A stretch of DNA of 64,000 nucleotides from Candidatus Poribacteria bacterium. Its GTDB lineage: Bacteria; Poribacteria; WGA-4E; WGA-3G. The position numbers and the translations under genes were made by a program. Under the pieces are notes generated by a model that was given only the letters and a program-made list of their open reading frames with translations, was not told the origin of the DNA and made no database searches. Position 1 is the first letter of the stretch. Each line of letters begins with the position of its first letter. Positions 10,277-19,792 of the stretch are shown piece by piece. The stretch spans positions 224,001 through 288,000 of the forward strand of contig CBDANF010000003.1 in NCBI GenBank assembly GCA_965197475.1, in the 5' to 3' direction.

Positions 10277-10957
10277 ATGAATTGTGAACGGACTCGTGAA
10301 AACCTTGTTTTACATCGTCAAGATTCCATGCTGAAGGGAACGAAGCGTCGCGAATTTTTACAGCATCTCCGTGGCTGCAAGGCGTGCCAAGTCGAATATG
10401 AAGGATTATGGCATACCGCCACAGTACTGGGTAGCCTTGAAGCACCGGAACCGCCTCCCGAATTATTGGAGAATATCCAACGTCAAATTCGGGAGGTCCA
10501 TAAGCGGAGCAAAATTGCTTTCTTTGCAAGTCCTGTCTCATGGCTGTTCAGTAAGTTGAAGTTAGAGTTTTCCCCACAGTTTGTAAATTGCACTGCGCTG
10601 CTTTGTTACCTACTCGCGTCAGTCTTCTTGGTGAAACTGGCTTTCTTTACTGACGCACCGGAACAGGATTTTGGTTTGACTGCGATGGAGGAGGCACGCC
10701 TCCGGAACGTGCGAATTTCACCATCGCCGTGGGCATCACTAAAACACAAGAGTACTAAGATTGATAACGTACTTCCTATAAAGACACCAGGCGATAATCG
10801 TGTGAGCCTTTCTAACCAATTTGTTGGTATTGAAACAGCGGAAATATGGCACAGTCACACTATTAATGAGGGCGGAGAAACCATAGATGCACATTTTGTG
10901 GAGACTGCCAGCAAAAAGCTCGCCCTATTCTGGAGTGACATCAAGACAGATCTGTAA
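10277..10957 (+). CDS. Zinc-finger (ZAS) anti-sigma factor
   Basis: HLRGCKAC (HxxxCxxC), one TM segment, directly after the ECF gene. Confidence 0.85.
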   Translation: MNCERTRENLVLHRQDSMLKGTKRREFLQHLRGCKACQVEYEGLWHTATVLGSLEAPEPPPELLENIQRQIREVHKRSKIAFFASPVSWLFSKLKLEFSPQFVNCTALLCYLLASVFLVKLAFFTDAPEQDFGLTAMEEARLRNVRISPSPWASLKHKSTKIDNVLPIKTPGDNRVSLSNQFVGIETAEIWHSHTINEGGETIDAHFVETASKKLALFWSDIKTDL

Positions 10958-11009
10958 GGGGGAAGTATATAGATCAAACATCTCAAATATAAGAGGACAG
11001 ATCCTAAGT

Positions 11010-11046
11010 AAGAGGCACAATATATTGTATATTGTGCCTCTTTTTT
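11010..11046 (+). terminator. Intrinsic terminator
   Basis: AAGAGGCACAATATA/TATATTGTGCCTCTT stem followed by a T run. Confidence 0.8.
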
Positions 11047-11170
11047 ATGGAAGAGGATTGTTAGTTTCTATAGCCCTAATTCACACCCAACCTAAAAAAG
11101 TTGACCCACAGTCCGTTTTGCGCTAAAATATACATATTTACAGGATCAAACTGCAGTATCGGACAAAAAA

Positions 11171-12229
11171 TTGACACAACCTCTACTTGAAGTTTCTAAT
11201 CTAAAAACAGTATTCCCTACGGATGGTGGAGTTGTAAACGCCGTGAACGATGTCAGTTTTTCAATTGCGCGTGGCAAAACCGTTGGCATTGTCGGAGAGA
11301 GTGGGTGTGGGAAAAGTATTACCGGACTTTCGCTTCTTCAACTTGTGCCAAATCCAGGCAGGATTGAGAAGGGTGAGATTCTGTTTTACCGCGATAACAC
11401 AGAGAAACCTTTAGATATAGCACAAGTATCGCCGAGAAGCGAGTTGATGCGTAGGATTCGCGGCAACGAAATCGCTATTATTTTCCAAGAGCCAATGACA
11501 TCGCTTAATCCTGTCTATACCGTTGGAGACCAGATCGCTGAGGCGATTGTGTTACACCAAGAGCACAAGCGTTCACCTCTGGCACGTTTCGGTTTGCAAA
11601 CAACACCAAAATGGGCACGCGAACGTGCTATTGAGATGCTTGCCCGCGTGGGCATCCCCGCTCCTGACCAACGCGTTGATGAATATCCACATCAGCTTTC
11701 CGGTGGGATGCGGCAACGTGTTATGATTGCCATGGCACTCTGTTGTGCTCCCGCGCTTCTCATCGCGGATGAACCGACTACGGCACTTGATGTCACGATT
11801 CAAGCACAAGTCCTCACCCTTATGCAGGAGCTGCAAGCGGAAATTGGGATGGCGATTATGTTGATTACACATGATTTAGGGGTTATCGCCGACATGGCTG
11901 ACGAAGTTGTTGTTATGTATGCTGGACGCGTAGTCGAAAAGGGAAACGTTGACGACATTTTCTATAATCCCTTACACCCCTATACACGTGGCTTGCTCAA
12001 CTCTATTCCAAAACTCGGTGGAGGTCAACAAAAAACGCTGCTCTCTATTCCCGGAACGGTGCCGCATCCGTTAGCACTTCCTATTGGATGTTCGTTTCAG
12101 CCACGATGTGTTGAACGGATGCCTATCTGTGAACAGATGCCTGAACTTAATATGATTGATGTTGAGAACGGGGAGCACGCCGTGAGATGCTGGCTTTGTG
12201 AGGAAAAAACCGATGCCGAGATTGCTTGA
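11171..12229 (+). CDS. oppD: Oligopeptide/dipeptide ABC ATPase
   Basis: [24 protein letters not shown] and HPYT with a Cys-rich C-terminus. Confidence 0.9.
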   Translation: MTQPLLEVSNLKTVFPTDGGVVNAVNDVSFSIARGKTVGIVGESGCGKSITGLSLLQLVPNPGRIEKGEILFYRDNTEKPLDIAQVSPRSELMRRIRGNEIAIIFQEPMTSLNPVYTVGDQIAEAIVLHQEHKRSPLARFGLQTTPKWARERAIEMLARVGIPAPDQRVDEYPHQLSGGMRQRVMIAMALCCAPALLIADEPTTALDVTIQAQVLTLMQELQAEIGMAIMLITHDLGVIADMADEVVVMYAGRVVEKGNVDDIFYNPLHPYTRGLLNSIPKLGGGQQKTLLSIPGTVPHPLALPIGCSFQPRCVERMPICEQMPELNMIDVENGEHAVRCWLCEEKTDAEIA

Positions 12230-13214
12230 GGTCAAAGAACTACGAAAATATTTCCCTATACGGAGAGGCATTCTCCGCCGTACCATTGGACTTGTGAAAG
12301 CGGTGGATGGCATTAGTTTCGACGTGGAACGCGGCGAAACCCTCGGTTTGGTCGGTGAAAGTGGTTGCGGAAAGACAACTGCAAGCCGATGTCTCCTTCG
12401 TCTAATTTCACCTACCAATGGCAGCTTCGCTTTTGGTGAGGAACAGGTAGATTTGGCGAAGTTGACCTCTCAACAGATGCGTCCTTTTCGCCGACGTATC
12501 CAGATGATTTTCCAGGACCCGCAGTCATCGCTGAACCCACGGCTGACGGTAGGAGATATTGTTGGTGAACCGATACGTGTCAACCGAACCGTAAAGAGAA
12601 AGGAACTTCAGGACCTGATTGTTGAACTCTTGGAATCTGTCGGTTTAAAGCCTCAGGATATGCGGCGTTACCCGCATGCCTTCAGTGGTGGTCAGCGACA
12701 ACGTATCGGGATTGCGCGTGCGTTAGCTCTTCACCCAGAACTGATCGTAGCAGATGAACCGGTGTCAGCACTTGATGTCTCCGTGCAGGCACAAATACTC
12801 AACCTCTTGGCGGAATTGCGGGAAAAATTTCAACTTTCCTATATCTTTATCGCACATGACCTGAGCGTTGTTGAACATATTAGTGATCGTGTCGCAGTGA
12901 TGTATCTCGGTAAGATTGTTGAGATTAGCGACGCAGAGACACTCTATCAATCGCCGAAACACCCTTACACAGAGGCATTGATATCCGCTGTGCCGTTGCC
13001 AGATCCGAAGGCGCAACGCGAGCGTGAACTAATTCGACTTGAAGGGGATGTGCCTGATCCATCTCAACCACCGACAGGATGTTATTTTCATCCACGATGC
13101 CGCTACGCAACCGATATTTGCAAACAGGAAACACCTGAACTTCAAGAGATTACACCCGGTGTGAAAGTTGCGTGTCATTTGAGTGAAACATTGGAATTAC
13201 AGGGAGTATCGTGA
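12213..13214 (+). CDS. oppF: Oligopeptide/dipeptide ABC ATPase
   Basis: [24 protein letters not shown] and HPYT. Confidence 0.9.
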   Translation: MPRLLEVKELRKYFPIRRGILRRTIGLVKAVDGISFDVERGETLGLVGESGCGKTTASRCLLRLISPTNGSFAFGEEQVDLAKLTSQQMRPFRRRIQMIFQDPQSSLNPRLTVGDIVGEPIRVNRTVKRKELQDLIVELLESVGLKPQDMRRYPHAFSGGQRQRIGIARALALHPELIVADEPVSALDVSVQAQILNLLAELREKFQLSYIFIAHDLSVVEHISDRVAVMYLGKIVEISDAETLYQSPKHPYTEALISAVPLPDPKAQRERELIRLEGDVPDPSQPPTGCYFHPRCRYATDICKQETPELQEITPGVKVACHLSETLELQGVS

Positions 13215-14161
13215 TGCCAAAATTAGATCAGATAACACCAGAAGAACTTGCAGCCTGCCGGAAGCAGCTTGAACGCCGATGGAAAAGCCGCAAAGTTGAT
13301 GAGGCGTTGCTGGAACGCGCGTGGCAGGTTGCATACAAAATCGCAACACTCCTCTATGACGAGTTCGGTGCGACACAGGTTGCAGTTTTTGGGTCGCTGG
13401 CGGAACCGTTGGGTTTCACAAAGTCATCGGATATTGATATTGCGGTATGGGGACTCTCTGATAAAGCACATTCAAAGGTGAACGGTAAAGTAATGGACAT
13501 TGATACAAGGTTTAAAATAGACCTGATTAATTTTGATACGACGAAAGGACTTTTCCGAGAAAGAATCCAACAGCAAGCGATTCCTATAAAAAAAGGCGAA
13601 CAACCTACATTATGGAAGACACTTTACCAGCATCTGCACCGACAAGTTTTTCCTATCGTTGAGGAAGAAATATACGAAATGAACCGAAAAAAATTGACCC
13701 AACGCATCAATGACGAATGCACAAAAATTGAAACTACTGTTGTCGCAATCGTGAAAGCTCTGGAAGATATTGAGGTAGTTCCCGCTAACTACAAACAATA
13801 TATAGAAGAATCAATTGCCAACAAACTTGCTGATGTTTATAATGGCATAGAAAGAATTTTTGAACGGATTGCCAACGAAGTTGACGCACACCTGTCGCGT
13901 GGAAGTAGATGGCATAAAAACTTGCTTGAACAGATGACAAAACAACGTCCCGAAAGACCACCTGTGATTTCGCAGGATACTTTTTTGCTTTTAGAAGCAC
14001 TCTTAGAATTTCGCCACAAGGTTAATAATATCTACGCGGATGAACTAATTTATGAAAATACGGAGGCGCACGCAAACGGTATTGACAAACTTTTTCAGAG
14101 TTTCTCCGATGATCTCAATATTTTTACAGATTCTCTTGCGCAGCGTCCGGAGGATGGTTGA
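13211..14161 (+). CDS. Fused minimal nucleotidyltransferase (MNT) + HEPN (HepT-like) protein
   Basis: VFGSLA...SDIDIAV in the N-half; [14 protein letters not shown] and FRHKVNNIY in the C-half. Confidence 0.8.
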   Translation: MMPKLDQITPEELAACRKQLERRWKSRKVDEALLERAWQVAYKIATLLYDEFGATQVAVFGSLAEPLGFTKSSDIDIAVWGLSDKAHSKVNGKVMDIDTRFKIDLINFDTTKGLFRERIQQQAIPIKKGEQPTLWKTLYQHLHRQVFPIVEEEIYEMNRKKLTQRINDECTKIETTVVAIVKALEDIEVVPANYKQYIEESIANKLADVYNGIERIFERIANEVDAHLSRGSRWHKNLLEQMTKQRPERPPVISQDTFLLLEALLEFRHKVNNIYADELIYENTEAHANGIDKLFQSFSDDLNIFTDSLAQRPEDG

Positions 14162-14176
14162 AAGGAATAAAACAAC

Positions 14177-15004
14177 ATGCCAACACGAATAGATCCTGGT
14201 TTCTTTGCGACAGATGCCTCATTTGAAGATAGTGCTGCAATCGTAACAGGCTCCAGCCGTGGTATCGGACGCGCAATCGCTATTGAATTGGCACGCCAAG
14301 GTGCCGATGTACTCATCAACTATAACCAGAACCGGGATGCCGCTGAAGCAGTGCAGCATGAAGTAGAATCACTCGGTAGAAAAGCGGTCATAATTCAAGC
14401 AGACATTAGCGACTTAGACGCACACGCGAAACTGCTTGAGACAGCACATGATGCCTTCGGTAAGGTAAATATTCTTATTAACAATGCTGGCATCACACAC
14501 ATCGCTGACATCCTTGAGGAAACACCGGAGCAGTTTGATCTGCTGTTAAACACGAATCTCAAAGCACCCCATTTTCTTACGCAACGCGTCGCAAATTACA
14601 TGGTGGAGAATGAAATTCACGGATGCATTATTTACACGCTTTCCATTTCAGATACGATGGCATCCGACAACCGAACCGCCTACTGTATTTCAAAAGCTGG
14701 ATTAGAGATGAGTATGCGAGCTTATGCTGGCAGATTAGCGATGCACGGCATCAAGGTGAACGGTATCGCTGCAGGTGTAATTAATACCGATCTGTCGCGT
14801 GTCCGCATACCGGATTACGAAGAGGCAGCGGAGAAAGGTTATATCTTTATGGTGCGTCCCGGCACGCCTGAAGATGTGGCACATGCGACTGTTGCTGCGA
14901 TGCGGCTTTACGATACGGGGGTTGTCCTACCTGCTTCTGGCGGTGTGATGACACCGTTGCTGAATCTGCGGTCTATGACGGAATTAGAGATGAATAGGTC
15001 TTAA
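14177..15004 (+). CDS. Short-chain dehydrogenase/reductase
   Basis: TGSSRGIG, NNAG and YCISK. Confidence 0.92.
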   Translation: MPTRIDPGFFATDASFEDSAAIVTGSSRGIGRAIAIELARQGADVLINYNQNRDAAEAVQHEVESLGRKAVIIQADISDLDAHAKLLETAHDAFGKVNILINNAGITHIADILEETPEQFDLLLNTNLKAPHFLTQRVANYMVENEIHGCIIYTLSISDTMASDNRTAYCISKAGLEMSMRAYAGRLAMHGIKVNGIAAGVINTDLSRVRIPDYEEAAEKGYIFMVRPGTPEDVAHATVAAMRLYDTGVVLPASGGVMTPLLNLRSMTELEMNRS

Positions 15005-15096
15005 TTGAAAGTAGTAGGCACACACCGTGCGCTATTAAACCCAAGATCAGTTGGTATTTAGACCCGTTTTCTTACATTTATCGTAAGGACGGGAAC

Positions 15097-15200
15097 ATGA
15101 CACAAAATCTGCTACGCAGTGGTCAAGCGTCAACTCGTAAACAAGTTGCGGCGTTGATAGGTGTCAACCGCAAAACTATTAGATACTGGTTAGCGACTTA
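15097..15200 (+). pseudogene. HTH remnant resembling an IS630-type transposase N-terminus
   Basis: LLRSGQASTRKQVAALIGVNRKTIRYWLATY, cut at the left end of a MITE-like copy. Confidence 0.5.
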
Positions 15201-15285
15201 TACCAAATTAACGGGATTTATCCTATTTTCCGGACGGTAGATGTGGTTTCCTAACCGCACCGTAGGCATCAATTTAGTGTGGCAT
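15200..15285 (+). repeat. Diverged copy of the 91-bp MITE-like family
   Basis: Starts ATACCAAATTAACGGGATTTATC; internal hairpin differs and the right end is degenerate. Confidence 0.6.
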
Positions 15286-15342
15286 ACGCATCAACATCAT
15301 TATAGGGCGGGGGTCTCCCTGTGCCCCGCTGAATCATGCAGC

Positions 15343-15452
15343 ATGCCATAAGCGCATTTAGCGTTAATTTGGCCAAATCTGATGTATCCAAATAATGGGC
15401 GGGCACAGGGTGCCCGACAAATGCCATAAGCGCATTTAGCGTTAATTTGGCC
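15343..15452. repeat. 32-bp perfect direct repeat flanking a GC hairpin
   Basis: ATGCCATAAGCGCATTTAGCGTTAATTTGGCC at 15343-15374 and 15421-15452, with CGGGCAC-AGG-GTGCCCG between them. Confidence 0.85.
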
Positions 15453-15511
15453 TCTACAATGAGATGTGGACAGATTTTGCCAAAAACTTTATATACCCCC
15501 AACATCCAATT

Positions 15512-15602
15512 ATACCAAATTAACGGGATTTATCTTATTTTTCTGGGTATTAGGTGCGCTTAGAAAGCGCATCTACCGAGTGGGATCAAGTTAATTTGGT
15601 AT
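15512..15602 (+). mobile_element. 91-bp MITE-like element, copy 1
   Basis: 13-bp TIR ATACCAAATTAAC/GTTAATTTGGTAT and an internal REP-like hairpin; related copies at 38185 and 53307. Confidence 0.85.
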
Positions 15603-15612
15603 AATCCGCCTC

Positions 15613-15641
15613 TTGACATCACAACCCTATTATGCTAAAAT
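15613..15641 (+). promoter_or_regulatory. Sigma70 promoter, probably giving a leaderless rimI mRNA
   Basis: TTGACA-17 nt-TAAAAT with TGn; ATG 15649 lies at the expected +1. Confidence 0.65.
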
Positions 15642-15648
15642 TCCACAA

Positions 15649-16113
15649 ATGATCGTAAAGAAACCGTTTCCAGAAATTATGTTTGAACAGATGCAAAGGG
15701 AAGACCTCCAACAGGTAATGACAATAGAAAGGGGTTCCTTCTCCGATCCGTGGCACGAATCATTTTTTAAAAGGCAACTTCGCAAACGAAAAAAACACAC
15801 CTTTTTATACGTTGCTCGAATAAATAACAAAGTGATTGGATATATTGTCTTTTATATTTTTTCTGGTGAAGGACACATCATGAATATTGCTGTAGACTCT
15901 AAATATAGACGGCATGGTGTGGGAAGATATATACTCGCTTCAACCTTGGAGATCGTTCAGACTCAAGCGTGTAACGAGGTGTTTCTTGAAGTCGCTGTGA
16001 ATAATACAGCAGCGCGACAGCTCTATCAACAATTCGGGTTCCAGGTTTACGGTATTCGTAAAAGATACTATCACAACTGTGAAGATGCTTACGTCTTACG
16101 AAAAGAGATGTAA
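15649..16113 (+). CDS. rimI: Ribosomal-protein alanine N-acetyltransferase
   Basis: IERGSFSDPW, HIMNIAV, RRHGVG, LEVAVNN and GIRKRYY...EDA. Confidence 0.85.
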   Translation: MIVKKPFPEIMFEQMQREDLQQVMTIERGSFSDPWHESFFKRQLRKRKKHTFLYVARINNKVIGYIVFYIFSGEGHIMNIAVDSKYRRHGVGRYILASTLEIVQTQACNEVFLEVAVNNTAARQLYQQFGFQVYGIRKRYYHNCEDAYVLRKEM

Positions 16114-16179
16114 GGTTGATCTTCGCTGATTCCTTGTCAAGAAACTTGGTCATAAATTGCACCTATAGGAGGTATTGAT

Positions 16180-16971
16180 ATGATTTTTGATATAGCACGT
16201 TCAGTTTTTTCAGCTACGGACACTGGGGAGACACTTTCGCTTTCAATCCGAAGGCAGGAAGCACGAACTGCCGGAAGAAACGGATGGCGCATCCTTGAAG
16301 AAGAGGTCAACTGGCAGGCAAGCAAAACCGCTATCATTGTCGTTGACATGTGGAATGAACATTGGTCATGGGGGGCAACCGAACGTGTCAACATCATGGC
16401 ACCAAGAATGAACATTGTCTTACAACGCGCAAGACAACGCGGCATCCAGATAATCCACGCACCTTCCGATACGATGGATTTCTATAAGGACCATCCTGCG
16501 CGAACGTCTGTGCTTGAAATCCCACACGCTGAGCCTCCACCTGAACGTGAAATGCCAGATCCGCCTCAGCCTGTTGATGCGTCCGATGGCGGCTCAGACA
16601 CCGGTGAAACTAATAGTTACAAAGCGTGGCACCGTCAACACCCGGTGATTGAAATTGATGATGGGGATGCCATCAGTGACAATGGACAGGAGGTTTACAA
16701 CCTGCTCGCGCACGAAGGTATTCAAAACCTTATCTTTATGGGGGTTCATACCAATATGTGTGTGCTTGGTCGTTCCTTTGCGATTAAGCCGATGGTGCGC
16801 TGGGGGTTCAACGCTGTTTTAGTGAGCGATTTAACAGACGCAATGTACAATCCTTTCAAACCGCCTTATGTTAGCCATGAAGAAGGAACGCGCTTAATCA
16901 TTGAGTATATTGAGAAATTCTGGTGTCCCACAATCTTGAGTGGTGACTTAACCACCCCCAAACCGGAGTAA
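16180..16971 (+). CDS. Isochorismatase/cysteine hydrolase-like protein
   Basis: VVDMW, IIHAPS, GVHTNMCV and DLTDAMY. Confidence 0.8.
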   Translation: MIFDIARSVFSATDTGETLSLSIRRQEARTAGRNGWRILEEEVNWQASKTAIIVVDMWNEHWSWGATERVNIMAPRMNIVLQRARQRGIQIIHAPSDTMDFYKDHPARTSVLEIPHAEPPPEREMPDPPQPVDASDGGSDTGETNSYKAWHRQHPVIEIDDGDAISDNGQEVYNLLAHEGIQNLIFMGVHTNMCVLGRSFAIKPMVRWGFNAVLVSDLTDAMYNPFKPPYVSHEEGTRLIIEYIEKFWCPTILSGDLTTPKPE

Positions 16972-17038
16972 CTTCAAATTTATATTCGAATACTGTCGAA
17001 TAATACCGTAGGCCAGGGTAGGGTTGGATACCATACAC

Positions 17039-17076
17039 AAAAAAGCCCGCGACAATAAAATGCCGCGGGCTTTTTA
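17039..17076. terminator. Bidirectional intrinsic terminator
   Basis: AAAAAAGCCCGCG...CGCGGGCTTTTT between convergent genes. Confidence 0.8.
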
Positions 17077-17679
17077 TGTTAAATTCATTGCTATATTCAA
17101 TATAGTTGCCCATGTAAAGGTCAAGGAAACCATCGGCATCGTAATCGCCCCACGCAATACCCGACCCGAATCCTGTATGTCCGATACCTCCTGCCCCGAT
17201 GTGAAACGTTTGAATGTCCCATCTCCTCTATTTAAATAGAAAACATTCGCTTTATAGTTTGTGACATAAAGATCAGGATCGCCATCGTTATCATAATCAA
17301 CAAAGGCACACCCCATACCCCAACCTGTGTCACCAACACCCGCGATGTCAGTTACATCTGTAAATGTGCCATCGCCGTTGTTTCGGTAGAGCACGTTTTT
17401 TGGAAGAGTTGCCCCCGGTTCAGGTCTCACTGCGGTGCTGTTGACAATGTAGAGATCAAGCGTGCCATTATTATCATAATCTCGCCAGGCAGCACCAGAG
17501 CCAACAAGTGCTGGCACCACACGGAGGTCAATACCACCGGCATGTTTGAAGCGAATTCCTGATGCTTCGGTAACATTTACAAACTGAATCTCTGCCGCGT
17601 GTCCGTACCAGACAAGCATTATGCTCAATAATATCAAACTTGTGAAAACAGATATGTACCTGTTCCGCATGTGAGGCAC
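17074..17679 (-). pseudogene. Truncated, frameshifted FG-GAP/ASPIC-UnbV (CRTAC1-like) protein
   Basis: DYDNNGTLDLY and DYDNDGDPDLY repeats. A -1 shift at the C run 17194-17197 continues as WGDYDADGFLDLY; homology then ends near the terminator. Confidence 0.8.
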
Positions 17680-17728
17680 CTTTCTTGTTCAGTGTCATTT
17701 TCCAAAGACATCAATATAAGATTTATTG

Positions 17729-17803
17729 ATACACATTTCGCCCCGCTGGGGCTAAGAGGGTTATTCACCAGCGTTTCTATACACATTTCGCCCCGCTGGG
17801 GCT
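17729..17803. repeat. Pair of 25-bp REP-like direct repeats
   Basis: ATACACATTTCGCCCCGCTGGGGCT at 17729 and 17779, each containing a GCCCC-GCT-GGGGC hairpin. Confidence 0.85.
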
Positions 17804-17977
17804 GCCTTTGCTGAACCTATAATAGTTTTTCTGTGGGTTACAACTTTGCACAAAACTCGTAGAAAAATAGAAAGGACTTGAGAACACAACATGAAACAGA
17901 CAGAAATTGTCCAAACTTTAGTAAAACTAAACGCAATAAGTAGTTTTGGACTTGCAACAAGCCATTGAATTTTTCAC

Positions 17978-18007
17978 TTGACTCTCTTTTCTCCCACATG
18001 TTATACT
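17978..18007 (+). promoter_or_regulatory. Sigma70 promoter inside the IS left end
   Basis: TTGACT-18 nt-TATACT with TGn extension; predicted +1 about 18013-18014. Confidence 0.7.
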
Positions 18008-18011
18008 ATCC

Positions 18012-18090
18012 TAACGTTGTTGGTAGGGAATCTCATCTGTCTCGCTTGAGGCAGTCCCTACCAAACCGAATGAGATCGGGAACAACGTTA
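18012..18090 (+). ncRNA. Candidate pseudoknotted structured RNA (HDV-like stem order)
   Basis: Stems 18012-21/18081-90, 18022-29/18055-62, 18030-36/18070-76 (crossing) and 18037-43/18048-54; it starts at the predicted TSS. Confidence 0.65.
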
Positions 18091-18150
18091 AGGTTAAACA
18101 ACGTGATCCTATAAACAAAACACGTACAACCCTTACCATAAGGGAATATC

Positions 18151-18387
18151 ATGGTACTTTTAGTGTGGCCACTTCTTGTATTTGCTTACTATAAGCAAAA
18201 ATACACGTTGAAAAACTGGCTTTTGTTTTTCGCTATCATTGGATCTATAGTCACTGTTCTCGGTGCTCGAGAATACGCATTAGTAGCATTGGTAGCCCAA
18301 ATTGTCGGCATACCTATTATTTTTCTGTCGGCAAGATTCACCGCTTGGTGTATCAAACGGTATGTAAACCGAAAGAAAACAGACTAA
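18151..18387 (+). CDS. IS passenger: small membrane protein (78 aa)
   Basis: AAGGGA RBS, 2-3 hydrophobic segments and a basic C-terminus. Confidence 0.65.
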   Translation: MVLLVWPLLVFAYYKQKYTLKNWLLFFAIIGSIVTVLGAREYALVALVAQIVGIPIIFLSARFTAWCIKRYVNRKKTD

Positions 18388-18435
18388 CCCAACAACGAGG
18401 TGCCCCTGTCCCCTCTAACTCACAAAGGAACTATC

Positions 18436-18771
18436 ATGTTAATCATATTTCCAAAACCTGAACAAATCACTGGATTTTGTCCATTAGCCGTAAATCTTAA
18501 TATTTATGATGAAATTGTGATCATCAAGAACAACGAATCAAACTTGTTCAATCTGACTCTGTTGAAACATGTAGACGCTCATGGATCGAACCAATCAACT
18601 TTTCTCTACAATTTGGGCATCTTCCAATCCGAGTCAGATTGCTATACATTGTTCCAAAATATTCTCGAAGCTTTGAATTCGGATCAAAAGACATTCGAGC
18701 TTCCGCCATCTGTGCTGCAAGCACCGCCTGAACCCGCGGATCATGCAAAGAAACGCCCTGGGTACCTTTAG
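18436..18771 (+). CDS. IS passenger: hypothetical protein (111 aa)
   Basis: AAGGA RBS before ATG 18436; converges on the transposase stop. Confidence 0.6.
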   Translation: MLIIFPKPEQITGFCPLAVNLNIYDEIVIIKNNESNLFNLTLLKHVDAHGSNQSTFLYNLGIFQSESDCYTLFQNILEALNSDQKTFELPPSVLQAPPEPADHAKKRPGYL

Positions 18772-18777
18772 TTTCAC

Positions 18778-19662
18778 TCATCTCATACTCTCATTAACAA
18801 ACTTATCAAAGATGCTGTCAATGCTCCTATAGTTATACTTGTAGCACGCCTCTGCGACATACAGGGGCGTATATTCAGTCCAATAGTGGTGATGTGAACC
18901 ATACCAAGCGCGTTTGAGAAGCGACCAAAACCCCTCAATCGTGTTTGTGTGGACATCACCGTCAACAAATTGCTCTTGATGATTGATGATATGATGCTTC
19001 ATATCTCTACCGAGTGCGAGATAAGCATTATATTCATCGGTCATCAACTCCGAATCCTGAACTTTCACGGCTCTTCGGATAAAGTCTAAAATAGTCCGTC
19101 CTGTCAAATCCCTTGCAAGTTGTGCTACAACTTTCCCACCGCGTTGGACAGCCCCGATGATTGCGTCTTTATCAGTGCCACGACCACGCTTGGCAGGCTC
19201 CGCATCTGCTTTCTTGTTCGGCTTGCGAGGTTTACCCCCGATGTAAGTTTCATCAGCCTCTATGATGCCTTGTAATAGCACGTTGCTACCTTTCTTTGCC
19301 ATTTCAGCACGGATACGAGTCATTATAAACCATGCAGTTTTCTGATTCAAGTCTAAATCACGACTCAACTGGTAACTGGATAACGACTTCTTCGCATTCA
19401 CAATCAACGAGATCGCCAAAAACCACTTCTGAAGTGCTATCTTTGTCCCGTGAAACACCGTGCCACACGTCACCTTGAAAGTAGCAGTGCAATCATGGCA
19501 TTGCCAGCGTCCGATGCGTCCCAATTCCGTCTCTGTCCGTTCCGCAACGTTTAGACTATCACAATGCGGACATCTTGGTTCACCACGCCACCGAATATAT
19601 TCCAAATGCTCAATACATGCTTCTTGGTCAGGAAAACGCTCCATTACCTTCAATAAATCCAT
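18778..19662 (-). CDS. IS1595-family DDE transposase
   Basis: Zn ribbon CPHC...CHDC, HTH (KTAWFI), EADETYIGG, LMTDE and HTNTIEGFW. Confidence 0.95.
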   Translation of the reverse strand: MDLLKVMERFPDQEACIEHLEYIRWRGEPRCPHCDSLNVAERTETELGRIGRWQCHDCTATFKVTCGTVFHGTKIALQKWFLAISLIVNAKKSLSSYQLSRDLDLNQKTAWFIMTRIRAEMAKKGSNVLLQGIIEADETYIGGKPRKPNKKADAEPAKRGRGTDKDAIIGAVQRGGKVVAQLARDLTGRTILDFIRRAVKVQDSELMTDEYNAYLALGRDMKHHIINHQEQFVDGDVHTNTIEGFWSLLKRAWYGSHHHYWTEYTPLYVAEACYKYNYRSIDSIFDKFVNESMR

Positions 19663-19681
19663 CAGATACTCCTTGAAATAG

Positions 19682-19792
19682 GAGTTGCTTTTTCTGACGG
19701 ATTTCTGATATAATACCAGATAAGATTAGAACCGTCAAAAAGCAACTCGCTTTTTGTGTTCATTTAGGGGGCTACCAACCCCCTACTTTCTT
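19682..19792. promoter_or_regulatory. Inverted repeat holding two overlapping, oppositely directed sigma70 promoters plus a downstream terminator
   Basis: Plus strand TTGCTT 19685 / TATAAT 19709; minus strand TTGACG 19738 / TATTAT 19715. Hairpin TAGGGGG-CTACCAA-CCCCCTA plus CTTTCTT at 19765-19792. Confidence 0.55.

Noticed and set aside
15343-15452. 32-bp direct repeats as a mini CRISPR array
   Set aside because: Only two copies, the spacer is itself a palindrome, the repeat shares the MITE TIR core, and no cas genes are in the window.
17729-17803. 25-bp hairpin repeats as CRISPR
   Set aside because: Two units only, with no leader or cas genes; fits a REP-like doublet.
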